From Lama glama (lineage: Eukaryota), in the NCBI GenBank assembly GCA_028534125.1, contig CM052817.1:81904001-81968000 (forward strand): 64,000 nt of DNA, read 5' to 3'. This document shows, piece by piece, positions 52,521 through 64,000 of this stretch. The notes under the pieces were generated by a model. The model saw only the letters and a program-made list of their open reading frames with translations, was not told the origin of the DNA and ran no database searches. Numbering within the stretch: the first letter of the stretch is position 1; each line of letters opens with the position of its first letter. The translations under genes were made by a program, and so were the position numbers.

Positions 52521-53489
52521 CAACAAGTAGCAATGCTAATCAGCAGCATTAATAAGAGCCTTAGTAGTAACAGAGGTAGTAACAGTCATGCCATAGAATC
52601 TCTAAAAAGACAAGAAGCCTCAGTGGCACGAGGTCTTACCAGAGTTGTACTCTGAGCACCATGAATAACAGCACACGTTTCATGTATGTTATGATTTCAG
52701 GATTTCTAGAAAACCCTTCTCACTCTTTGCCAATCCCCCCACCTCCCCAGAATTACTTCCTCTGCTGGAAATTCGACAATAAAGATGCTTTATTTGCCCT
52801 GTTTTAGTATAATATACTCATTCACACAATAAATACTTAGAGTGAGTTTATGCTCAGTCCTAGAATGAAGGAAGTGTGAATGCTTTGGGTAGCAGATAGA
52901 TAGGATACAGGGAAAGCGTTGCGAGTCTGAGTGAGGCGCCATACGCTGATCTCAGCATCGATGCTGCTTATTTCATGCCTGGGCACAGAACCAGGCCTTT
53001 CCCATCACTTCTTTCTAGTTCGTTTCTTTATTTGTTTCATTTGATTTAAACATGCACTGCATCCTTTTCTAAATGTAGCAGTTGAAACTTTTAGGAATGC
53101 CCTTCTTTCATCATGAAATATGAATAACATTTATCAAGTGGCTATTTAAAACACTGCTTAAACCTCTTTGCATCACAGACATTATTATTCATTTAGTTGT
53201 TTATTTAGTTCTTCTCACAGATCTATTAAATGGATATTTTTATTATTCCCATGGAAAGACCAAACAAATTGGGTCTTAGAGGGACTGGAGGTTAAATGAC
53301 TTGCCTCCCAAATGGTGCAGAATGTGATCTGAGTTCTGATTATGAACCTTACTCCGGAGCCTCTGCTCTTTCCGGTGCATGTCACACTTCACCACACTTC
53401 GATCTGTACTTGCTAGAGGGTATTGTCTTCTATGAGTTTTCTATCCATTATTCTACTTAATCCTCACAGAAAGCCTATGAGAAAAGTAC

Positions 53490-53872
53490 TGGTCCAAGAC
53501 CAGTCAGGGACTGAAATTGCTTGAGATCTTTGAGGTAGGAGGGTATCTAATACAAACAAATAGCTTACAAAATCTGCAAACTGGCTAAGGGAAAAGAACA
53601 GGAAAATTCACCAGTAACCTCAGCAATAAGGACATTGCAGGTATTTCCAGAAACCCCTTGTCCACCTGCAGAGCTGCCGTGAGTGGTTCCCGGGAAAACA
53701 GTCCCTGCTTTGGTCTCACCTTTCAGCTGTCATTCACCTCTCACCCACGGGCAGAACCTACACCTCAGTCCTGCTGCAAAGGGATCTGAAAAGAAAAGAG
53801 CTTTCTGACTTCCAGGCCCTGCAATACACAAGGAGAGGAATGGCACTGACTGTCGACAGAGACTATCTGACA
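53490..53872. mobile_element. Possible old MaLR (MLT1-like) LTR
   Basis: gggcagaaccta...ctgctgcaaagggatctgaaa...gctttctgacttccaggccctgca; family assignment weak. Confidence 0.4.
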
Positions 53873-53885
53873 TAGAAAGATACTC

Positions 53886-54322
53886 TTTTTCTTTAATTGA
53901 AGTGTAGTTGATTTACACTGTTGTGTTGGTTTCAGGTGTACAGTGAAGTGATTCAGTTATACGTACATACATACCTATTCTTTTTCAGATTCTATTCCAT
54001 TATAGGTTATTCAAGATCTTGAGTAGGTCCTTGTTGGTTATCTATTTTGTATACAGTAGTGTATATATATTAATCCTGTACTACTCCTAATTTATCCCTC
54101 TCCTGCTTACTCTTTGATAACCATAATTTTATTGTCTATGCCTGTGAGTCTGTTTCTGTTTTGTTAATAAGTTCATTTATATCATTTTTTTAGATTCCAC
54201 ATATAAATGATATCATAGGATTTTTGTCTTTCTCTAACTCACTCAGAATGATAATCACTAGGTCCATCCATGTTGCTGCAAATGGCATTATTTCATTCTT
54301 TTTTATGGCTGAGTAATAGTCC

Positions 54323-54373
<51 letters not shown>

Positions 54374-55462
54374 ACACCTCTTCTTTATCCAGTCATCTGC
54401 TAACAGACATTTAGGTTGCTTCCATGTCTTGGCTATTATAAATAGTGCTGCTATGAACATTGAGGTGAATGTATCTTTTCAAATTATAGTTTTCTTAGGA
54501 TATATGCCCAGGAACGGGATTGCTGGATCATATGTTAACTCTATTTTTAGATTTTTAAGAAGCCTCCATATTGTTCTCCATAGTGACTGCACCAATTTAC
54601 AGTCCCACCAGCAGCATAGGAGGCTTCCTTTTCCTCCACAGCCTCTCCAGCATTTATTATTTGTAGACTTTTTAAATGATGGCCATTCTGACTGGTGTGT
54701 GCTGATAACTCATTGTAGTTTTGATTTGCAATTCTCTAATAATTAGGGATGTTAAGCATCTTTTCATGTGCCTGTTGGCCATCTGGATGTCTTCTTTGGA
54801 GAAATGTCGATTTAGGTCTTCTGCCCATTTTTTGATTGAGTTGTTTGTTTTTTGATATTAAGCTATGTGAACTGTTTGTAAATTTTGGAAATTAATCCCT
54901 TGTTGGTCATATTGTTTGAAAATATTTTCTCCCATTGTGTAGGTTGTCTTTTTGTTTTGTTCATGGTTTCCTTTGCAGTGCAAAAGCTTTTAAGTTTAAT
55001 TAGGTCCCATTTGATTATTTTTGTTTTTATTTCTACTAGGTCCCATTTGTTTATTTTTGTTTTTATTTCCATTCCATTATTTGGTTCTACAAAATACTGC
55101 TGCAATTTATGTCAAAGAGTGTTCTGCTTATGTTTTCCTCTAGTTTTATACTATCTGGTCTTACATTTAGGTCTTTGATCCATTTTGAGTTTATTTTTGT
55201 TTATGGTGTTAGAGGATGTTCTAATTTCATTCTTTCATATGTAGCTGTCCAGTTTTCCCAGCACCAGTTACTGAAGAAACTATCTTTTCTCCATTGGAGA
55301 TTCTTGCCTCCTTTGTCATAGATTATTTGATCATATTGACTGAGTTTATTTCTAGGCTCTCTATCCTGTTCCATTGATCTATGTATCTCTTTTTTTCTAG
55401 TATCATACTGTCTTTGATTACTGTAGCTTTGTAGGATAGTCTGAAGTCAGGGAGCCTGGTTC
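53886..55462 (-). mobile_element. 5'-truncated L1 (about 1.6 kb; ORF2 C-terminal part plus 3' UTR), disabled
   Basis: Reverse-strand peptides [16 protein letters not shown]...[11 protein letters not shown] and [20 protein letters not shown]; 3' end tttaattgaagtgtagttgatttaca; broken by stops and frameshifts. Confidence 0.95.
54325..54370. repeat. Perfect (TG)23 microsatellite inside the L1
   Basis: 46 bp of uninterrupted TG. Confidence 0.95.
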
Positions 55463-56225
55463 ATCACCTCCTCAGAACTGACTGTAGTCTCTGTCTGCAT
55501 AGTTGGACATACCCAATTGATCAGGAATGATGTAAACAAATATAAAATTGAATAATTCATACATATCTTACAGTTTTTAATTCATGTAGTTCTTTGTTTC
55601 CAATCTATACACATAGTCCACCCACTAAAGCTAGCAGATAATTAAAGTCTGATAGTTTCATTTCTTTGTTTTGTTTTACAGAATACAGCATAACAAAAAT
55701 CATAGTGAGAAATTATTAATTCATACACTAAATTGGGAATACATTGTTTAAGTGTCTGTATATGTTTAATGTTCATTGGAAAGGTAATCCCTGAGGATCA
55801 TTTTGAGTTATTGTTTTCCAGCTAATCTTTACCAGATAACCTGATTCAGGAAGATGGAGTTAATGCACCAAAACATCTTAAGAAACCTATCTGAACTGAT
55901 AGGCTCTGAGACCAAATTCACACTTAAGAACACGTATGCCTCACAGAATAAATTTTTAAACATTCATTCTAGCTAGATTTTACTTCTGTTCACATTAAGT
56001 ACTAGTTCTGTAGTGAAGCCTTCTTCAAAGCCTTCTTCTATGTATATATTAAAATTTTTTTGATCATTAGAATTATTTCAAAGCACTTTATTTTCATATG
56101 CTATTTCCTTTTGTGGACTTTCTCTACATTGTTTTCAATGCTTTTTAAAGTCTGTCGCATGATAAATGGGAGCAATGAGATTTTTCTGAACTTTTTGCTT
56201 AGGATCAATCTCAGCCAGTGTCCCC

Positions 56226-56239
56226 CTCTCTCCCTCTCT

Positions 56240-56285
<46 letters not shown>
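56226..56285. repeat. Compound (CT)n(CA)n microsatellite
   Basis: Read directly from the sequence. Confidence 0.9.
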
Positions 56286-59200
56286 GAACTGAATATTTCA
56301 TGTGCATTTTGAAATTGTGCTAAAGATTAGAAGAGTAAGTGTTTATGAATTGATGCAAGTTGAGAGGCTTTATCCTAAGAATCCTTCACAAGAAATGATT
56401 AAGTATTAGCTGAACAGGGATTTTTTTTCTGGAGAACATCATGTAAGGATCCAAGTATAAAATGAAAATTATCTAATGACTACAATAAAAAATATATGAT
56501 ATGCATATTATCATACTGCCACCATATTCCTCATATTTTTTTAACTATTTACTTTCAAGTTTGTGATGATAGACTCACATAATAAATATGTAATAAGCAT
56601 ATTTTTATTTAATAACTGATTTAGAGTAAGCAAATTTGTTTGTATAACTCATTTTTTGGATCCGTTTTTCTTAGTTCCTAGAAAAAGAACCAAAAAGAAA
56701 TTTAAAAAAAATTAGCGAGACTTCATTTTCAGTTACAATAACTTCATGTTTCAGGGTTGAGAAAACATTCCTGTAATTTAATTTTCCATCACTAAATGGA
56801 GAGTTGATTAGCTATATATAGAGTATATTAGAATAGATGAATAAATTTTAAGACAGTCTAGAACATGTGAAAAATTAATTTCTAGATATTCACAAAGCTT
56901 AATAGTATAAAAACTACATCAACTGTCAACGTGCCCCAGTAAATCAAAAGAAAGTATATTTCATATCATTTGTGCCTCAGAAGTTCACGGAGTCCTGGAG
57001 GAAAACACCAGCCTAATAATTACAAATCTAGTATCTCTTTTCCTGTACAAATGAAAGTTTCTTGCATTTGACAGAATATTAATTAGAAAGCATAGTTACA
57101 GTCAGTAACCACCCAGCATTTGTCTTCCTGCCCCCAGCTTTTCCGTTCACTGCATATCCGGCATTGTGCCTTTCCGCAGAATGAATGGTGCTGTAAAGGG
57201 CAGCGTGTATATGGAACTTATTTCTAAATCTGGGTCTCTCATAACTGAATTAGTTCAAAGTCCCTTTAACCTTTCCTATTCCCTTTCACACATCTGGATG
57301 CATTTTAGGTGTGGTATTTGGAGTGAAGCCAGGGATTTATTCCCACATGGAGAAGTTTTCCTCTGCTCTCTAGTAAGTCCTGGTATTTCAGGGGAGGATG
57401 AGATTTGTCCATTCATCACTTTTATGTCACTTGACAGTATAAATAGGAATTTTGTTTCCAGGCCTGTAAAGTTATTTACAGGTTGTGCATAGTAATTCCA
57501 CCGAGAAACTTGGCAAACGTTTGCTTTCACGAAGATGGGCGTAGTGACTGAGAGTCATTCTTCTAAAATCACAGCAGTCATGTATTAATGTTGTCAGTGA
57601 TCATGTGACCAGGAAACCAAAGAATAAACAAACTTTAGTGACTAGATAGGAAATGAAAATTTCTGTGAAATACAGAAGAGTATTCAAGAGAGGATAAAGG
57701 GCTCAATTCTTGTTTTGATTTTATTTCCAAGATTGGATTAACACAGTTTACCTTACATGATACATTAACTTTTTAAAGCATGAATAGCAGGTGTCTAGCA
57801 GCTTAAATGCTTATTTCTGTAGAAAATAAGCATGTATTTGTAAACTTATTGAGGATATCATATATGTCATTATATATAATCATTTGTAGTTTCACTGAGA
57901 TTGTTCATGCTTTAAAAGAGGAAGTAAAACAATTTTTTCCTTATTACTAGCATCCCTTATTCAGACATAATATTTACATAATATTTTTGCTTGATTTCCA
58001 TTTAAAAAACCACAATGCTATTCTATCAAGATATTTAGATGAGCTATCTTCATAGTGCCTTTCACAATCATAGAAACTATTTACAAATCAAGCAAAAAAC
58101 ATTACTTTCTGCTAAAATAATTAAAAAAAAGCTTATAAGCATCAATGTCCAGTTAAATAGCATACATATATTATGAAATTATATTTGTTAATGAAATAAT
58201 CAATTTATATATAAGATGGACTTTGTTAGTTCCTCATAGACTTCCTTTTTCTCTGCGAGTAAATACAAGATACAAAAATAATACTTGTGGTAATCTAATA
58301 CGTATCTGACTTCATTAAATTGAAGCCTATGTGAACTATAGGATATCCAAAATCATCATATCCCTATAGAGTGGCTAAATTTAACAGGTAAGAATAAATT
58401 TAGCTTGACTCTACATAATCCAGCATTAAAATGTGCTATTGGAACAAGTGAAACTTGAATATATATCTTTGTTGAAAAGACCATAGATGATCACATCAGA
58501 CCCAATTTATGTTCAACACTTCATCACACCTTCTGCCCCAGAACATGACGACACATGCTAAATTTCTCCTGCAGGTTTAAACTGTAATCTTGGAAAGTCT
58601 GTAGATACTTTGTCCTCCTATTATGCATTCATTTTCCTCTTGAACAATTCCCATTCTCCATGTGCTAAGAGCTTACACTTCCTGAAGCACATCTCTGTCT
58701 ATCTCTAATAAATAATGCATACCAGCACAATTAATTGATGAATGTCAAAGCAATGAGATCAGTTTATTCTTCTAAATCGCTGCTCTGACAGTTAACATCA
58801 CTTAATAGAAAAAGGCTCCTTGAGTTCAAGAGACATAAATGCCTTTCTTTGTGCAAGCCCTGTCAGCCTCAAGGCACTACAAATATTGTGAACTGACTTG
58901 CAGCATTAATTAAGTTAATGATCCAAAATTTTGTTTCACGGTGCTCCAACACATCAGATGGTTTTTACCAGAAGCATATTAGAGTGATTCAAACTGCTAC
59001 ATCCTGATAATCATTATGCCACCACTGATGCTAAAATTTCAGTAGATAGTTGTGTGCAGAACAATACAGAATTTGTTGCTGACTTCTAGTTGGGTAATAG
59101 AGCATAAACTTTCCAAACCATAGAAATGTGCATTTAAAGGCTTTCTTTTGATTCTAACTAAAATTATGACCTCTTTCCCTCACACAAAAGAAAAAAGTTC

Positions 59201-62179
59201 TCTTAATAATAATTCAAATTGCAGCATTGAGTTTTAAAACTGTCTTTGACTCTAGTATGGCAACCTCTTTAAAATTTACTAGTTGTAAAATAAATATGTT
59301 ACTCGTTAAAAGGAGTACTCAAACTAAATTTTTGAATGGTGGATAATTTACATACTCTAACACCAACAAATAAGATTATTTTATTCAAACGCAACAATAA
59401 ATTCGTTTATATAACTCCTAGAAAAGTCATTTCTTATATTTTTGCCAAATAAGAAAATGAAACTCTGGTTTAAAGTAACATGTCAAATGAAGGGTTGAAT
59501 TTTTTTCTCCTACCAGTATTTATATTGTTGTATACTCAAAGAATCAATCTCTATTGATAATTTATTTTAGCTTTTGAAAGAAATTCACTCTCAAACTAAT
59601 GTGTTCTCAGTTTGTAGCTGCTTCTATTTATAGTTGGTATATATTTTAATACATGAGTAAGTTTTATTAATTTGGGGGGTTTCTTTCCACCTCTCACTTG
59701 GGACTAACTGAAATAGCCTATAGTATATATTTGAATTAAACTCAGATGTCTGTGTTAAAATCTTACTTGGTAAGGGGTAAATAAGATAGCTAATTTATAT
59801 AAATTTGTTTTTAAAAATCTAAATTTCGTTTGTTGTTGTTTAAACCAAGAGTTAAGGTGGTCTTTCCCAACAGGATTCAAAAAAGTGTATAGTTGAGACT
59901 GATGGGATCAATGATTTGGACTTTTATACTCATACATTTTTCTCGGAGAGTGCCTATGTCCAAATATTTAAGTGTACCTGACCACGCCCCCTAAATTGAT
60001 TAGCCTTTGTTCCCCATTTACAGTTCAGGAGGTGAAGTTTGTGATTTTGTAACCCATGTACCGGTTTTCACATTATGAAGGTTATACTGACCGCACCTGC
60101 AAACTATATTAATCTATGTACTTAATATATTTTACTTTTAGCAAACTCTAAAAGAAATTTTCAAAAAAGAAAGGAAAGGAAGAAAATAAAACCTTACTTA
60201 GTCCAGGAACACATGTGAAAATTATGAATAATCTTACAGTGGGGAAGAAAATGGAATGAATGGGCTGTGACTTTCCTGATAGCAAATAACTAATCAATAG
60301 TACAGCCAATATATTTTATTTGATTCTCTATTGAGTGATACCGATATTGTATTAAGAAAATAAAAATACACTTCTATAGAACAATCTGTCACAAATCCAG
60401 TTAGGAAATATCAGAGAAGCGAGTCCTCCTACGACACAGCATCTCTCTGGTGTGACGGCTTGTACAGGCTCAGAATAAATTCCTCCCTGCCTGTTTCTCC
60501 AGTATGACACATTGCCACCATACTTAAAACCGAATTCCTGTGCCTCTAAATTAGTAACTTGTTTATTTTCGTTATTTCCCCTTAGCATGGAAGGGTATTC
60601 TGAATTTTTACTGTTTTGCCTTGAAAGTAGGTTCCCGGTTTTATTTATAAAAGAAAAAATGTGTTTATGACCCCATGATGTAGAAAATTGTGTTCAGTTA
60701 GCAATGTCATGAAAGCTGACTCACTTATGATTTCAAATCAGAACAATTGTGGCTACAGAATCAAGCCACAAAACCAGAACTAAATTAAACAAAAACTTTG
60801 ATTGTGTTTTAAGCATAGTTATTATGATGAAATAGATTACCTATGCACAGCAATGTCTAGTTGTGCATATAAAATGTCATGAGACATTTAATGAAGGCAT
60901 TAGTGCTGTCATACTGCGAAGTAGGAAATAGCTTTACAGAAATAAACTCTCCTTTTTGCCAATGGATGGAAATTAAGAACTTTAAAAAATTTCTCTACTA
61001 CTTAATTTCGTAAGAAATAAAGAAATTTATTAAGAAATTAAGAAATATCTCATTATTTCTTCAAATTGGAAAACTAAAAACTACTCTAACAAATGTGTTA
61101 AATTATTACAATAATTTAAAGTTATAGAACAGTGGTATTAGAACAAATTTACATTTGCATGAAAAAAAAACCATAGAATGCCACAGTAACAGAACAACAG
61201 ATGGGACTGGCCTTATACCCTAAATTTTGCCTACTGAGTGATTATGACATCGTTGTCTGAATGAAGCCTAAATTATCAGAGCTGACCTACAATGATCTGT
61301 ACTATAATTTTATAATTTCTTAGGCAAGAGATTTCCCTCCAGGGCCCTCTTCTTCTCCATCTGTGAAATGTGAATATTTCCTGTTGCATGGATCAATTTC
61401 CCCCACTAAAATGGAAACATTATGTTAAGATACTTGTCTGCTTTTTTGATGGTCACAACTTCATCTTCTAGCATTCCTGGCCCATAATAGGCATTCAGTC
61501 AATATTAATTGATTCAATTAACAAGATAATGTTTGAGAAGTCTTTAGACACTGAAAAATGTGCTGGTTAGTATTATTGTTTTAGAAAAAAAAGCATGCAT
61601 AATCTGTAGTAAAGAATAAATCTTAGTAAGTATTTGAAAATGTGTTTGATGTGTTTTTTATTATTATATTCTGCTTTACAGCAGGTATATATAAGTCAAG
61701 GAATATTTCTTGAGGGTGCAAGGGTTGTAATTTGACAAGTAAGCTAATGCAATTAATTCTTGCCTTTGAAAAGTCTGAGTCAAGGAAATCTCTAAAGTGA
61801 AAATTATACTGTAAAAGTTTCAACTCTCCAGTTATCATATATGAAAAATGAAGTGGCATTGACAAGAGAAAATAAATTCAGTGAAAACACTGAAATATGT
61901 TCACCATTTGTGATTTCTCTGAAAACAGGAGTTCTTTCCAAGATGATTATGTAAATTACTTCCTAAATATTATAATGTACATCTTTACAATAGGACAACT
62001 AAACAAGACTTTGAACTCTGATATAATATTCCAGTTTCTTTGTGTCAACTATAGTGTTCTTATATTTCTTTTCTCCAAAGATAGGGTCTCACATGATAGA
62101 TATTTACATATTGTTATACAGTAATGGTGTTAATATATTTATGTGTAAGATTGTTTTTAATGAGTTTGATACTTTTCAG

Positions 62180-62284
62180 GGAAAATGTGTGAATCTTCAG
62201 TCAATTACTGTGAATGTAACCCCTGCTTTAATGGTGGTTCCTGCCAAAGTGGTGTAGAGTCTTACTATTGCCATTGTCCATTTG
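62180..62284 (+). CDS. FAT4: FAT4 internal coding exon (105 bp, phase 1/1): EGF-like repeat [35 protein letters not shown]
   Basis: Acceptor acttttcag; donor TTG|gtgagt; supplies the closing Cys of the previous EGF repeat (GYTG-KMCE) and most of the next. Confidence 0.96.
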
Positions 62285-64000
62285 GTGAGTATAACTTAGT
62301 CATTGATGTAAAATATCAACCTGTTTTGGTGCACAGTTTAGCAATTCTGTTTTGTTGTGTCCAAGAGTGAATAAGAAAAATGTTAGTGGTTTTACACAGG
62401 CAGTTTTAGCAAACTAAAATCTAAAAGTTTAATATTTTTAAGTTAATTATGGAAATTCCATTGAATATATTGCTTCGATCATTCCTAGAAAAATAGTCAA
62501 CCCAAGATAATTGAATTTGATGTTATTAGCCTAGAACTTATCAAATGAAAATCCTTTCAGGGCTATTTGATGTCACTGTGTACTAAAACTCTATAAGAAT
62601 AGTGCAACCATTTTTGTTCTGTTTTGCTTTTGGGTTTTTTTACATTTACTTTTTACAGTAATTCAACCACTTCTGTTAGAAGGATTTTGTAACTTGACAC
62701 GCAGTTTTCATGACTTTTTTGTAGATAGTATCATGTAACTAATTAACATTCAGAATAATGTGTTCTTTTGAGGAAGAAAATTAAGAGGGTTTTTTTTTTG
62801 TATACATACATATTTATTCACCATAATGAAATGAACTTAAAAGATTCCTTCCAGGTCTCACCCAAATGTCACCCGGTACTGAGACAGCCAAGAACTAGGA
62901 GAACAGCTTTGCAGGAAGCCTTCCTTTTAACTTGGTTTGTTTCATAGGGCAGTGACTATTCCATTTAGTTAAAGGCTGCTTCACTCCACAATATAGTGTT
63001 CATCTTCAGAGTCCTGCAGTAGTTAGAGACCCTGTCTTTCTCCATTAGCAGGAGAGAAGGATATTTTCCTAGTCCTTCCTTGGACATATTTATTAGAGTG
63101 CTACAATGGACCTGAAAAGTGAATCTCAATATATAGTAGAGAATAGAACTTAGAAAGGAATCAGAGGTTTCTAGTAACCAGTAAATGTAATTTTAACTCA
63201 TTTTCTATAAAATGAATGATATAAAAGAATGATAAAGAGAAACAGAATATAAAAATCCCTAGTTGTGAGCTATGCATTTTAGCAGTGGTTCTGAGGCCCA
63301 AAGATAGAGGGCTTTGTCTAAAGCCAAACAATGAAAACAAAACAAATCTACCCCAAAATGATATAGTGACTAGAACACAATTTTATTTTCATTTCAGGAT
63401 GATATTCACAGTGCCTCTCTTTTTTTTTTTTTTTAAACTTCTTTGAGATTCTCACTAACAATGCCCCTGAAGCAGTAAAGATCATCAAGGTCAAAATAAC
63501 CACAATGTTAGATCTCCTAAAATTTCTTTCTTTCCATGATCTCTTATAATCCTAAAGGGTGCTGCTTACTACAGATAACCACAATCAGGTTTCATGGTTT
63601 AACTTGTGTTTTGGATGGAAAGATAAGGAGATTGGAGGTAAAAGTAGAAAAATTATTTTCAAATGACTAAATGAATATTTTTACATTTTTCAAGATTCCA
63701 TTGCATTCCAGTTGTGCATGTGAGGATTTGAGATAGCTGATAACAAATAGGAACACATTGTTGCTACAGTGTAACTGATACAACGGTCATTGCCTGTTGG
63801 CTGAAAGTTTTTTGGTGTCCAAGGGAACCTTCTCCTCACCATACCAGAAATCCTCAGGGGAAGGAGACTAGAACAATAACGTAAATTAAAATAGAGACAG
63901 ATCACATGTAGCAAGCAGTGCACATTTTCTCCCCATTCCTTACAGTGGCGAAGACAAAAAACATTGTTTAAACATAGACATCATTAGTTGAGATCAGAAG

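Noticed and set aside
54190..55321. Functional genes in ORFs 54270-54746, 54863-55105 and neighbours
   Set aside because: Fragments or antisense frames of a disabled, truncated L1.
1..64000. A novel multi-gene or prokaryote-type system (operon, defence island, CRISPR-Cas)
   Set aside because: The window is a single spliced mammalian gene with ordinary intronic repeats. No independent ORF with credible protein features was found.

Overview
Eukaryotic (mammalian) genomic DNA, AT-rich, covering the middle of the giant atypical cadherin gene FAT4 on the + strand. Nine internal coding exons could be delimited by hand, all with GT-AG splice sites and mutually compatible phases: 514-645, 7797-8058, 9410-9760, 15775-16697, 17509-17683, 35177-35357, 44360-44610, 46522-50871 and 62180-62284 (6730 coding nt in one continuous frame). 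They encode the end of one cadherin repeat, 18 further cadherin repeats (about EC17-EC34), a membrane-adjacent non-cadherin domain and four EGF-like repeats. The start and stop codons lie outside the window. The introns contain ordinary mammalian repeats (MIR, L2, L1 fragments, MER2, MER58A, MER63, MaLR LTRs, microsatellites) and a 500-N assembly gap. A tRNA-derived Vic-1-like SINE points to a camelid genome (inference). I found no credible undescribed biological system. The observations most worth a second look are a 6-nt tandem splice acceptor, a 54-unit heptamer array bracketed by a 15-bp direct repeat, an ultra-truncated L1 insertion whose tail became an AT-rich repeat, a sharp CpG gradient inside the 4.35-kb exon, and several non-canonical cadherin linkers. 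Repeat family names and comparisons with human FAT4 come from memory, not from a database search, and repeat boundaries without TSDs are approximate.
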